Assembly (NCBI GenBank): GCA_964016885.1
Contig: OZ024743.1
Location: 32,798,001-32,862,000, forward strand
DNA: 64,000 nucleotides
Reading direction: 5' to 3'
Origin: Eledone cirrhosa
Lineage: Eukaryota
This document shows, in pieces, positions 13,119-26,400 of this stretch; the stretch's first letter is position 1; the number at the start of each line of letters is the position of its first letter. A program made the position numbers and the translations under genes. The notes beneath the pieces were generated by a model. It ran no database searches and was not told where the DNA came from. It saw nothing but the letters and a program-made list of their open reading frames with translations.

Positions 13119-14675
13119 ATGTATATAAAAAACTGACTTAATTAAGCTTCACCTCCAAATAAGAAGGGATCATACATTCTTTGGCAACCTAGACCCCTTT
13201 TTTTATTCTTTAAAAATATGTTCTTTTGGTATTTGTTTTCAAAACAGACCTGTATCTTCAAGTTAGGATTTTGCTGCAGTTTATATTCTCCATTATCCAT
13301 AAAGTTAGAAACATACCTTACATATGTACCTGTTATCTGTTAGCTATGCAATTTTGATTGATTTTAAAATGCTTAACCCAACCACTTTTAATGAAATATA
13401 CTTTATTTGAATTGGGTATTGGAGAATTTAGAGGAATTTACTAAAGTTATTCTGTCATTATGAAGATGATATTTGTAATATAACTTAACAAAAGTAAAAT
13501 TATATTGAATGATTTTAATTTAATATGGGCAGTTTTGTTTCACAGAAATAGTCAGTTTTTGGTTTGGTTGGATTTAAAAGGGTTAACAGTTTCATTTTCA
13601 TAGCAAGTGGCAAAGAGAAATACGCTGATGTATGTCAAATTTTATTAGTAGTTGTATGTGTATAGACATTTCATATTCTGTTTGGATGTAGGCATACTGT
13701 TTATAACTTACATTTTCAGGTGTGCGCTTTTAATGTTTTTATTCCACAATGCTTATATGTAGCAACTCAAGTAAAACCTAGAAGCACATGCAACAAATGA
13801 AAAGCCAAGAATTCCAAGTAAGCCATATATAATAAATTGATAAATGAATTATCAGTTTAGTATGGTAGACTGGTGGAATTGTTAGAGCATTGGATAGGAT
13901 GCCTTGCAATATTTGTCCCAACTATTTTAATTCTGAGTTCAAATCCCACTCTTGTCTGCTTTAATCCATCACTTGGTTAAACACTACCACCAGTTCCATT
14001 CTTTTGCAAGTATTTGTATCAGGTCTACCTTCCTCCCTCCCTCTCAATAGTCTCAGAGACCCTTACAAGAATCATCAGCACTGCCTTCTTTCTGACTATT
14101 TGATAAGAAAAATCACTTTTTCCATTAGTAGGATATTTTATATTACAAACAGAAGTATTAACTTGATTCTTGTGAATTGAGTAACACATTCAACAAAAAT
14201 TATTGACATGCCAGCATACATTGGATTATTTTACTGCAAAAGAAATTGTTATATCAAATAGTAAAAAATGATTGACAAACTAGATGATTCAAACAAGATA
14301 AACGACATTGAAAATTTACCATGTTACTTATGGGAAAACTCTAGATAGTAAACATGGCTATTTTGGTAACCAGTGAAAATTAGCAAATATATTAACACTT
14401 CTGACTTCAAACCACATGAAGCCACCCTTAATTCTATAATACAAAACTGCTTGTCTTAAAGTGTCGAAAAATATGTGTAAGGTTTTGTCAGCATTTTCAT
14501 TTTAGTTGACAACACTGACAATATACAATCATGTAAAATGTTTATATTTATATAAAGGTTCCTCATCATACTTTTATGTAAGAAACTTTGTAATGTTCCA
14601 AACACCAGCTTAATAATGATAAAGTTAGTTATATTATTAAATCCTTCCATATTTTTGATTATTTTCAAACTTATT

Positions 14676-14947
14676 TGAAAATAATTGTTTCTACTTTAGG
14701 CACAAGGCCAGCAAATACCCAGTGCATTACTGGTACTTTATTTTATCGACCCCGTATTGAAAATAATTGTTTCTACTTTTGGCACAAGGCCAGCAATTAC
14801 CCAGTACATTACTGGTACTTTATTTTATCGACCCCGTAAGGATGAAAGGCAAAGTTAACCTCGACGAGATTTGAACTCAGACCATAAAGGGACGTAACTA
14901 TGCTGGAAAGCATGGCGTCCGACTCTCTACTGATACTGCCAATCCAG
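14676..14947 (-). mobile_element. Tandem SINEs: near-full-length copy (14762-14947) plus a 3' fragment (14681-14756)
   Basis: Both match the SINE family; TGAAAATAAT occurs at all three junctions. Confidence 0.8.
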
Positions 14948-16539
14948 TGAAAATAATAAACAGTGTCTTGCATTAGAAATATGGTATCAAAACGGTTAGA
15001 AAAAGATAACAAAGGCATTTTAAAATTATGATTATATTTAGCAGATATGTATGATATAACTTATTACGAGTATATCAACCAGAATTTGAATAAATGAGGG
15101 AACTATTTAGAATTTTGATTAAACCTGTAAAAGTCAAATATTGATTTCAAATTTATGCACAAGGCCAGCAATTTGAGGGAGGGTAAAGTCAATTAACCCA
15201 TAAGCATTTAAACCAGCCACTTCTTTCTGTCCAAACCGACTGTAACTGGCCACTCGTACTGATATTAAGGTATTATTCCCAAAATAAATAATTGTTTCTA
15301 CTTTAGGCACAAGGCCAGTAATTACCCAATGCATTACTGGTACTTTTATTTTATCGACCCCATAAGGATGAAAAGCAAAGTTAACCTCGGCGGAATTTGA
15401 ACTCAAAATAAATAATATCAAAATCTCATAGATTCAATATTATGTGAGATAATTATGTAAGATAAAGCCTTTACCACAAAAATACAATAGTAAATATAGA
15501 GTAATGTAAATGTAAAAGGTTAAATTGATTCTGAGACTTTACTGGTACTTTATTTTGTCAACCTCAGATGGATGGAAGGGAAATTTGAGCTCAACAGAAT
15601 TTGAACTCAGAAAGTAAATTACTGGAACACACACTGCTAAGCATTTACCCAACGTTCTAACACTCTGCCAATCCATCCCAAAGTCAAGTATTACGAGCTG
15701 AAAGAAGTTACACCAATAATGTTCAGAGTGTTAATTTTATATTCATTCTGATAATGCTAAGCAATTATAATGAATACAGTGCAATAGTTGTTGGATTATT
15801 CAGGTATTCAGAGTACTTGATTCTCATTTTTAGAAGTAATTCTGAAGCTGAAAACTGTAAAAACCAGGCAGATGTGACTTGAGTTAACAGGCCTGAATAT
15901 GAAGACTGCCAAAACCAATATATTTGTTTGTAGATAGTTTCCAAAGAGTATTGCAATCTCGGAAATGATCATGCAATCATGGAAAGGAAATAGTCAAGAA
16001 TTTAATAGTTTATGCTCTGTGCAAACAGTGCATTAAAAAAGCTGTCTGGTTTTAGTTTTGCTGATAGAATCAACAATGAAACTGACAGTATAGGCTTATA
16101 TAATAGAAGTTTTCATTCCATATAGGTTTATTTGATGTTAGTTTTCATGTGAGGAATTGGCAGACTCATTAGAATACTGAATTAGATGCCTTGATATTTG
16201 TTCCAGCTTTCTGCACTCTGTGTTCAAATCCTGCCATGGTCAACATTGCCTTTCATCTTTTCAAGGTTGTAAAGTACAAGTCCAAAGATGTTGGATAGTC
16301 AGAATTATTAAAGAATTGGTCTAGATGCTTTGTGGTGTCTGATCTGGTTCTATGCATTGTGAGTTTAATTCCCACCTCCTTCTGTCAAGAGTTACAACCA
16401 GCAGATTGTATCAGCAATGGAAAGATCCATGTAAACATAATTTCCTTAATCAAATCTAAAGATTATCACCTTTCCTTTCTTAGTATAGAAAAATTCTAGA
16501 CTGTTATTTCCTATGCTCATAATGGCCAGAGCATAGATA

Positions 16540-16906
16540 CATCATCACTGTTTAACGTCCATTTTTCCATGCTGGCATGGGTTAGACGAGTTATCTTGTT
16601 GTGAGCAATGCCAGATCAGGTGACCATGTCTTACTCATACAGAACTGATTTGGGCTGGTTTCTGCAGCTGGATGCCCTTCCTAGTGCCGACCACATTTAC
16701 AGTAAATACTGGGTACTTTTTGTCATGACACCTACACAACCACTATACAGTGTAGGCTGGGCACTTTTTGCCATGTCACCATCACAACCACTTTACAGTG
16801 TGGGCTGCATGCTTTTTGCTGTGTTGCCATCACAACCACTTTACTATGTGGGCTGGGTGCTTTTTGCTGTGTCGCCATCACAACCACTTTACTGTGTGGG
16901 CTGGAG
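16540..16906 (-). mobile_element. Non-autonomous RTE-related element with an internal 48-bp tandem array
   Basis: RTE-type tail (AACCCATGCCAGCATGGAAAAATGGACGTTAAAC...GATGATG), AGGAAGGGCATCCAGCTG motif, and about 4.5 copies of a 48-bp unit at 16688-16906. Confidence 0.7.
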
Positions 16907-18025
16907 GCTTCATTGGATGTATACTTCAACTTGTCCTCATGGAGATGCATGGGTGTGGATGGGGAGGGGTGATGCATGCTATGTTTCAACTATCTATTAA
17001 AATTTCAGATATTGCAGTTTAATTAATGCTTGGAAAATTGTGTTCCAAAATGAAATATTTTAAGATTGAATGCCTTGAAATATACTATTATGTAGATAGT
17101 TTTAACAATTTTATCATGATTAAAGTGATATCAAACTAGTTAATACTGATGAGATGGTCAGCATACTAGTGATACTAATATGTAATATATATGTTATACT
17201 ATTTTTTGTAAATTTACTGAAAGATGTTGATGCATAAACACTGAATTATCTGTAAAGAAATTATTTTGATCATCATCATCATCATCGTTTAACGTCTATC
17301 TTCCTCGCTAGCATGGGTTTATATGGGAATTGTCCCACTTGAGGCAAGATTGGTTTTCTCACTTGTATAGGACTGTCTGTTATATGTCACTTACTGTCAT
17401 AGGCACCAAATAGAATGTGTTACCTGCAGAGGGTTCTTTCAGTTTCCATGTCTTCCTTCTCCAGACTGGCTTTTGTCTTGGTCCACCTAGTGCTTAATCT
17501 AAGGTCACTGACAATTAATTAATGTTAGAAGGTACATTCCTCCCCAGGAAAGGACATGGTGTGTCATTGTAGTAGAGCTAGTGTTGGATAGCAACTGAGA
17601 AGTGTAATTGTGAAAGTAATGGCATCTAAGTCTTATGGGTGACAAAAGGATGATGATGATTAGAATAGAAGTGTGATGCTATTGTATATAGGCAAAATTT
17701 ATGGGTAGGTGTCAATAAAGAGTCTCAATAAAATGAAAAGGTGTGGGGGGGGGGGGTCATCAATATTGATTCACTCCAATACTACTTAGAGTTCTGCTTT
17801 TTTTATAATATGCAATCATTTGGGTGACAAAAAGATTACATGTAGTGAAAAATGTTACACATTTTATCGTTTTAGCATCTCTGCTGAGTCATACATGTCA
17901 AACTCTTCATTAAACAATTTACTCAGGCCTTCCTTTCCATGTCTTACAGTAAAATTGATGTGCAAATAGATAGACATACACATTTGTTTTATTCATGTTT
18001 TCCTAGTCAACATTTCAATTATATA

Positions 18026-21000
18026 AACTGCAGCTCGGCAGAACATGAAACCTTCAGCCTACGAGATGATGGGCAGATATGGAAGTTTGTTAAGGCTGGC
18101 GAAACATGGAAAAGAGACACCAGCTGGTCTGAAAACACTGTACCCACAACAACTGACAATAAAGAAACTGAAAAAACTCTGGGAAACTAAATCAGAACAA
18201 CCTGCCATCCCCTGCACATAATCATAGACTGGAATCAAGGTACAAATTGTTGTCCTTGAATGCACGTAGTCTATGCAATAAGATTCATCTTTTTGACTCC
18301 TACGTCAAAAGTATCAACCCTGACTTCATTACAGTCATGGAAACTTGGGCACATCCCTTACTCTGTGATGGGGTTTTCAGCATGACTGACTACAACCTGT
18401 TTCGTAAAGACCGCATTAATCGTCGTGGTGGTGGTGTAATGGTCTATGTTCAGTCAAATCTGTCGGCAATTCCTTGTGCTGATTTGAACCAATCACAGCA
18501 GGAAGTTTTTTTCTGCGATATACGTATGACCATGTCAACACTGCTACTTGGAGTCGTTTACCATCCCCCAAATTACCATCAGGACACTCAACTTTGTGAT
18601 ATCCTCAGAGCTGCTGCCAGGAAGACAGCCACTTATGTTTTCATTGCAGGAGACTTCAATCACCCTGAGATTGACTGGAAAACCTTTCGTTGGCCGCCAA
18701 GTGCAAATGACTTCCTTGAGCTAGTGCTGGACTCGAGTTGGTCCCAGGTGGTTACCTCTCCAACGAGAGGTGACAACCATTTGGACCTACTCGTCACCAC
18801 TACTCCTGAAACGGTCATTAGTGTTACTGCTGAGGAACCTTTAGGTGACTCTGATCATGCTATGATGATTGCCAATCTATCCCTCATGGGCAGTAACAAG
18901 AACCACAACTATCTCCAAACTGATCACTTTGACTGGAATAAAGCAGACTGGAACTGTTACTGCACCGAGTTGCAACGGCCTAACTGGCTTTAGTTCTACG
19001 ACTCTGGAGATGTCAACACTGTACTCCAGAACATCCTGAGCTCAATATGGACAGCATGTGCAGCATCGGTGCCACGTAAGCGGAAAAAACATCCCAAAAG
19101 TGCAATTTGGGAGACTGCAGCAGTCCATCTTGCCAGAAAAGAACGGCGCAATGCTGAACGTGAGTACAAACTTCACAAATCAGACATTAATAGGAAGAGG
19201 CGAACTAGATCGTCCAACCACCTCAAACAGGTGACAAAAAAGACAGTGCTTCAATTTGAGCAGCTCATAGCAACCAGCCCTGACAGTAAGGTGTTCTGGA
19301 AGTATGTTCACTCAAACAGAGGCCTCACTCTCCAGTTGGTCCTCTTCACAATCCCCACACAAGCCAGGTTACTGACGACCCCAAGGAATGCGCAGAGCTC
19401 ATTGCTGAATGCTATGCAGGCATTTTCACTATTGAAGACCAGAGTGTACCATCTCCACCACCTATGACACCGGACTCTATTACAACCATGGAATTTACAC
19501 CTGCAATGCTGCGACGTCACCTGAAAAATAAACGCAACCATGCCTCTCCTGGTCTTGATGGTGTTACGTACCTGCTTCTTAAACGTGGTGGGTACTTGCT
19601 TCTGCACCAGTTATCACGCTTCTTCCAATTCTGTCTGAACAACAGTGCTACTCCAGAACAGTGGAAAACTGCCAGTGTCATTCCTCTGTTCAAAAAGGGT
19701 GATCGCACATCACCTGTGAACTATCGTCCAGTCAGTCTTACTAGTTGCATCGCCAAACTGATGGAATCCTGTGTCAGAGAAACACTTTGGAACTTCTGGA
19801 ACTCTCAGTCTTATCCGGCCCTCGCAATTTGGATTTATCCCCAACTCCAGCTGCTGTGATCAACTTATAGAGTTTCTTGAGGACATCACACGGATCACTG
19901 ATGGCGGCTCATGGGTGGATGCTGTTTACCTTGACTTTGCGAAAGCCTTCAATTCTGTGCCACACAAAAAGCTTATGGCAAAACTCTCTGCAATGGGTGT
20001 GAAGGATGATCTTTTTAACTGGTTGAAGTCCTTCATTCTCAGTCGAAGAGAGGTAGTCACGGTTCTGGGACAGCATTCCTCACCATATGAGATGTCATCT
20101 GGTGTACCACAGGGATCTGTTCTTGGCCCCCTTTTGTTTGTGGCATATATTAATGACATAGATGCCAACTTAAAGAATGCCACAGTACTAAAGTATGCAG
20201 ACGACATCAAGCTGTACCTTGAGATAAAAAGGACAGATCCTGAACACTATAGATCTTGCTTGCAGTCTGACCTGGACACAATGCAACAATGGATCTCAGA
20301 CTGGCAACTCAAGCTAGCTGTGGACAAGTGCACCACCATGCATTTTGGGAGTAAAAACCCAGCGTCCACATACTCCCTCCACAGCACTAATATCAAGAAG
20401 TCTTCTTGTGAATGTGACCTTGGCATTACGGTCAGCAGCGATTTGCATTGGACGAAGCACGTCTCTAAAATTGTCAAGAGGGACGAGGGTGTCTTAGCAT
20501 CACTCAGCAAGACCTTTGTCAGCCGCTCTCCAGATATCTATTTAAGGCTGTACATGGCTATGGTGCGACCACACTTAGAATTTGCATTACCAGTCTGGAA
20601 CCCCTATCTTGCTCAGAACATTGACCGCCTGGAAACTGTTTAGAGACGTGCAACCAAGCGAATACCCTCCATCAGGCATCTACCATACTCTGAGCACCTT
20701 GCTTCCCTGGGCATGGATACATTGAAGCTCCAACGCCTGGCAACTGACTTGGTAAACACCCACAAAATTGTTAACCATGTTGCCAACAACAACCCTGAGT
20801 ACCTTTTTGATTTCCATGTGTCTAACACACGTGGACATGCCCACAAAGTAAGAAAACAGCACAGGTCCCATGACTTTCGGAAACATTTTTTCATGCTCAG
20901 AGTTGCTGAAGCATGGAACAAACTACCTGCATCAGTTGTTAGCTGTCGAGACACTGCATCCTTTAAGGCCTCCATGCTTCCCAAGATCCGCCAACACTAC

Positions 21001-21128
21001 AGCTAACACATACACACATGTACTTCCCTGACATTTGTGTATTATTCTATGTACTATACATACACCTTTGACGAGTTGTAGTGCACCTGAGCACTTTACA
21101 CAATAATTTCATTATTATTATTATTATT
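18026..21128 (+). mobile_element. CR1-clade LINE, 5'-truncated within ORF1, with (ATT)n tail
   Basis: ORF1 C-terminus ending 'LGN*' at 18190; ORF2 APE and RT; CR1-type C-terminus (TRGH..K, FF..RV..AWN.LP); 3' UTR ending in (ATT)6; candidate TSD ATTATATA at 18018-18025 and 27194-27201. Confidence 0.9.
18247..21006 (+). pseudogene. CR1 ORF2 (APE endonuclease + reverse transcriptase), disrupted
   Basis: LNARSL, ETW, GDFN, LDL and SDH (APE); SPGLDG, YRPVSLTS, YLDFAKAF, GVPQGSVLGP and YADD (RT). In-frame TAG stops at 18991 and 20641 and frameshifts near 19320 and 19800. Confidence 0.92.
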
Positions 21129-21341
21129 GAATGCCATGGTTGACGGAGGCTCGGCTCTGTAAGGTATAGTAATTTTTAACCGTTAAAACAATTGTAAATT
21201 GTTTAAAACTTGAACCAAATTGTTGATAAAGACACCCTCCTCCTCGTGAGAGGGGTCTTTCTGTCCGTTATTTGGCCCTTCGGGGTTAAATAACCAGTTA
21301 TTGGGGTTTTGTACCCAAAATTTCATTTTAAACAAAAAAAC

Positions 21342-23429
21342 ATGGCTACGAAAAAGAAATTTCATACGTCACTCCCACTCATTCCGTCTTCTTCTTCCTC
21401 AATCATCACTACAGCAGATAGAAGATTGTCTCTCTCCCTCCCTTCTTTAAATGTGTCTCTCTCCCTCCCTTCTCTTTCGCAAGCGACGAAAGAAAAGAAA
21501 AGTCTCGTGCAAAGCGTGCAAGGTTTCTCCACGACGACGACGACAGCGACGAAACAGGTGTGCGGGAAATACGAAAACCCAGTTCATTCGTCTGACGTCA
21601 GGAATAATAGCAGTAGCAGCCGTAATAACAACAGCAACAGTGACAATGAAAACAACAGTAGCAGCCGCAACAGCATCACCAGCAGCATAAACAACAACAG
21701 CATTAGCAGCAGCAACACCAACAACAACCACAGCAACAGCGGCGGAGGCAGTAGTCGTAGTACCTGCAGCAACAACAAAAGTACCAGCAGCTCTGACGAC
21801 AACAACAACAGCAGAGAAAAACCAATCTCATTTGCAGGTATTGCGAAAAACTTGGAAACAATCCTCATAACAAATGAGGAATTAGAGGAAGCGAAGAAGA
21901 TGGTGACAAAGAACGGACACCGAGCAATCTGCAAGGCAGCGAAAAATTTTTTCGAAACCCAAGAGCACTGTACGGTCACGTACCGTACAGTAAGTACAAA
22001 ATCCCGTAGGGTGGAAAGAGCCACAGAGGCCCAAATACAAAAAGCCTTGGGGTCTGTGTGGCAGAGGAAAACGCACATCACCCGAGGCAAAAAATACGCC
22101 ACCGTAGACGTACTTTTTGCCACACCCCAGGAGGCAAAGGCCCAATCAGTAGTGACCCTAAGGAGCGAGGAAATGGTGTTGGTGCCCTCCTACTGCGGGC
22201 AAAAAATTGTGAGGGTCAAACTGACCCACGTCCCCCCCGGAATGACCCCTTCTTGGCTGGCCGCGTCTGTCCTCGTCGGAATCGAGGACAAAACAACTGT
22301 ACTGCAAGTACAGAAAAAAGTAAGAGAAGATTGGGTCGGCTCCTCCATTGAGATGCTAATCCAAACCAACCAGGAGTGCATCGAAGCTATCCCGGATGTG
22401 ATAGACTTCGATAACGGCACTCAACTGCCCATAAGTGTTGAGGGCAAACGCCCGAAATGCTTTCGCTGTGGATCGAAGACTCACCTCAGGGCCTTCTGCA
22501 ACGAGAAGACCCTGAGAAAGGAGAAAACCCCCCTCCTTCCGAATCCGGCTCCACGGCTACCAGCAACAGGACAAGCGGCAACCAGGAACGATAGGTCCGT
22601 GGCACCCATACCCACTCCACGGAAATCAAAGACAGCAGCAGCAGTGGAAATATTAACAACAACAACAGCAATACCAAATGCAGCTGCAAGAGAGACTCCA
22701 GTGCAAACATCACCAACAACAACAAGTGAAAGAGTGGAGCTGGTACCCCTCCCCGACCTTACAGAATCAGACATGGAGTGTGAGGTGGGAGAGGGATGGC
22801 AAAAGGTCGCAAGAAGGCACAAACGCAGAAGCAGCGCATCGTCGCCTTTGAAAAGGGAGGAAAGAAATGAGAAAAGGGTAAAGTCTACTGCAAAGAGACC
22901 CACAGCAGCAACACCACCAACACCATCACCACCCACACCAGCACCACCATCACCACCGGCGACAACTCCACCGCCAACAACACCTTCAACACAAGCACCA
23001 ACATCGCAAACACAACAACAAAACACACACACCCAGCAACAACGACAAGAAAATAGCAGAACCACACCCCACCCCCATAAAAACAAATGCACGGCAATAA
23101 ATACACACAACAAGAAACTAATGACTTACATAATTGAACACACAGACATTTCACAACAGGACTACATAATACCAGCACCAATCAAAACGCCAACTAACAT
23201 AAGACTGCTAAAAATAGCACAGAAACAATACACAAATATTAAAACGAAATTCCCCAACGCAGTTGGTGATTTCAGGGACCTAGGAGGAACCATCAATCGA
23301 AGAGTATACTCAGACATTCTCTTAGAAGAGCCGACGACCAGCCGAAGGGACGATTCAACGGTCCCTTCACCAGACGATCAAGTGAAAAGGGATGTAAAAA
23401 CCATCCCTCCTCTACCAAAAGTACGGTAA
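21342..23429 (+). CDS. Tx1/L1 ORF1 protein (nucleic-acid chaperone, CCHC zinc knuckle), 695 aa from the first ATG
   Basis: ATG in AAACATGG context at 21342; open to TAA at 23429; CFRCGSKTHLRAFC (CX2CX4HX4C); S/N-rich N-terminus and P/T/Q-rich C-terminal third. Confidence 0.9.
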   Translation: MATKKKFHTSLPLIPSSSSSIITTADRRLSLSLPSLNVSLSLPSLSQATKEKKSLVQSVQGFSTTTTTATKQVCGKYENPVHSSDVRNNSSSSRNNNSNSDNENNSSSRNSITSSINNNSISSSNTNNNHSNSGGGSSRSTCSNNKSTSSSDDNNNSREKPISFAGIAKNLETILITNEELEEAKKMVTKNGHRAICKAAKNFFETQEHCTVTYRTVSTKSRRVERATEAQIQKALGSVWQRKTHITRGKKYATVDVLFATPQEAKAQSVVTLRSEEMVLVPSYCGQKIVRVKLTHVPPGMTPSWLAASVLVGIEDKTTVLQVQKKVREDWVGSSIEMLIQTNQECIEAIPDVIDFDNGTQLPISVEGKRPKCFRCGSKTHLRAFCNEKTLRKEKTPLLPNPAPRLPATGQAATRNDRSVAPIPTPRKSKTAAAVEILTTTTAIPNAAARETPVQTSPTTTSERVELVPLPDLTESDMECEVGEGWQKVARRHKRRSSASSPLKREERNEKRVKSTAKRPTAATPPTPSPPTPAPPSPPATTPPPTTPSTQAPTSQTQQQNTHTQQQRQENSRTTPHPHKNKCTAINTHNKKLMTYIIEHTDISQQDYIIPAPIKTPTNIRLLKIAQKQYTNIKTKFPNAVGDFRDLGGTINRRVYSDILLEEPTTSRRDDSTVPSPDDQVKRDVKTIPPLPKVR

Positions 23430-23464
23430 GTGGTCTTTCCCATCTTTTCCACTCTATTTTAAAC

Positions 23465-26400
23465 ATGACCTCACTCAGAATAGGCAGCATAAATGCGCGT
23501 GGCTTGGGGTCGTCATGGAAGCAGGGTCACCTGCTCAACGACCTCAGGTCACTAAACATAGATGTAGTGGCCATCAGCGAGACCAGAATCTCCGAGGCAC
23601 GGGCCTTCGCACCGATCTTCGGCGGCTACGATGTGTACGCATCTCCCAGCCGTCCTGGATCGGGTGGAGGAGTTGCTGTGCTTTTTCGGAGAGGTTTGGA
23701 TCTCGCCATACGGGCCATCTTCCTGGACCCAGAGGGTAAGCTGGTGGTGCTGGACGTGACCAGCGGAGACGGGCAAGCTTTCAGGCTAGTGGCCGTCTAT
23801 GCCCCGACAGGAGCAGGGCGGCCTGATTTCTTCCGGCGTCTGGAGACCTTTCTTGGAACGTCCCGCTCTTTAGTGTTAGTGGGCGACTGGAACGGGATCT
23901 TAGATGCACGCTGGGATTGTGTGGGATTAGCGGATAGGGGTGGAGGGTGCAAGAGCCTCACCAACCTGCTCAGGCGTTTTGAACTGTCTGACAGGTACCG
24001 ATTGGATTTCCCGAATGTGCCAATGTGGACTTGGACAAACCGCATAGGGTCATCCAGATCATATCTAGATAGAGTATTTTGTAGGGAAATAGATAGGTCT
24101 AGCATAGGCTGTCCACAATTCAAGATAGTCAGCTACACGGACCACAAATTCGTGACCTGTGTGCTTGACTTAGATAGGCTTCATAGACGAGGACCCGGCT
24201 ACTGGAAGCTAAACGCGTCCTTACCAGCGCGCAAGGCCTACAGAGACCGGATTAGCGAACTAGTTAAGCGGGCGTTGACGGGAGCCATCGTCAACAACAA
24301 GTGGTGGTTTGCTCTGAAAAGAGCGATCAGAATAGAATCGATTAGGTTTAGTAAGGCTTTAGCAATAGAGAAAAATAGAGCAGAGGGAGAACTAGTTAGA
24401 AAATTAGACGAGGCGCTTAGCAAAGGCATTGCGACCGACGTGCTTGCGGCGAAATTGGCCCTTGACCAATTCTTCAATGCAAAGCACGAAGGCTGCGTTG
24501 TCAGAGCTAGGGTGCGTGCTCTCAGACACGAGGGAACGAAAGCCGTTCAATGGGCCCGAGTGGCGGAGGCGCGTCGTGGTAACAAAGCCACGATCCGGTC
24601 TTTGGTGGACCACGACGGGCGCATGCTACTCGATCCCGGGCAAATGTGTGAAGCTTTTCAGCGACACTTCGCTCAGCTGTTCGGGGGCAGCGGGGGGCCG
24701 GGTAGAGGGATGGACTTTAGTGTCTACCTCGACGGACTGCCGCGGCTCTCGGCCACTGAGGCGAAGTGTTGCGAAAAGCCGATAACAGCCGCTGAAGTAC
24801 GGGAGGCAATGACTGGCTGCACAAGGGGTAAATCGCCTGGTTTGGATGGTCTGCCCTATGAACTTTACGTACAGATGCCAGACTTGTTCGGAGGCCTCTT
24901 GGCGGACGTCTACTGCAACTGGCAACAGAACGGGAGAATTCCCAGTTCTGTGAGCCGAGGAGCGGTGGCACTGCTGAGAAAGGATCCGAACAAGGGGGAT
25001 AACATAGACAATTTCCGGCCCATAACTCTGCTAAACACAGAGTTTAAGATTTTGGCCAAGGTGCTAGCAAAGAGGTTGGCGCTTGTCGTTGGTGGTCTGG
25101 TGGGAGAGGCACAGACATGCGCCATTCCCGACAGATCCATCCACGACAACCTCCACCTCATGCGATACATCGTAGAGAGGGTAGCTAGGGAACCTGGCAC
25201 GGGTGGGTCCTTGATCAATTTAGATCAGTCGAAAGCTTTCGATAGGGTCGACCATCGTTACCTAGCGGCAGTCCTGAGGGCGGCTGGCTTTGGGCCCGTC
25301 TTCAGAGGCTGGATCGCTGCCATGCACAGCGACATCTGCTCTGTGGTGAGAGTGAACGGTCACCTGTCGGAACCGTTCAACATCATGCGCTCGGTCCGCC
25401 AAGGATGTCCCCTCTCGTCCCTCTTGTACGTATTGACGCTCGAGCCATTACTGCACAAACTGGAGACGTTGAGGGGAGTCCCGCGCGAACTAGGATGCGG
25501 AAGATCCGTGTCAGCATATGCGGACGATGTCACCGTAGTGGTGTCGAACGCCAAACACATCGAGGCGATCGGCACTACACTAAGAGAATACGAAGCGGTG
25601 ACAGGAGCAATGATCAACCAGGAAAAGTCAGTGGGCCTGCAGCTCGGCACCTGGAGAGGCAGGTCCATGCCGTCCAACAGCGTCGTCGGGCGCTGGACGG
25701 ACGGACCGGTTAAATTGCTAGGGGTCTGGTTCGGTCCGGACCTCCAGACGGACAAAAACTGGGACGAGGTGACGAGCAGGGTGGCTTCTCTCACCCAGAA
25801 ATGGGCGGAGAGGAAGCTATCCCTGAAAGGTCGAGCGGAGGTGGCTAACGCGTACATCGCGTCTGTCATCTGCTACCGCCTAACCGTCGTACCTTGTCCT
25901 AAGCCTCGCCTGACTGCGCTGGAGCGTTTGCTCTTTCGCTTTTTGTGGAAGGGACGTGCTCCGATGGTCAGGCGGTCCATCTGTTGTCAACACCCGCTAC
26001 GTGGAGGGCTGGGCATGCCGTGGCTGATGATGCGCAGGCACGCGCTCAGGCTACGACATCTCCACATCTTCCTCGACGGTGATCAGGTGTGGTCGCCGTT
26101 TGCTAGACGCGTTTTTCCCCAGCTCGTTTCCTTGACGGAGCTGCAGTCCTGGGTCAAGCGAAGACCGAGAGGGAGCGCCTGGAGACTGGAATGTCTTCAG
26201 GCGCTCACAGCCCTCGACCAATCGGGTAATGTGATCGGTGGAAACTCCACCTCGGCGTTCTATAGAGGATTAGTGGAGGGGAAGAGCGACGACGTACTTG
26301 GGGAAACTCTAGGCGTCGACGAAAATCAACTAGCCAATCTCTTCGGAAGAACTTTCGGGCCAGGGCCTATGGACAACTTCCAGAAATCTCTGGCCTGGCA

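Noticed and set aside
16688-16906. CRISPR-like array
   Set aside because: Whole 48-bp units repeat with no unique spacers, there are no cas genes, and the context is eukaryotic.
21228-21262. HDV-like ribozyme suggested by CTCCTCGT (L3-like) in the Tx1 5' UTR
   Set aside because: No P1, P1.1 GG or P2 pairing could be placed; a simple hairpin explains the sequence better.
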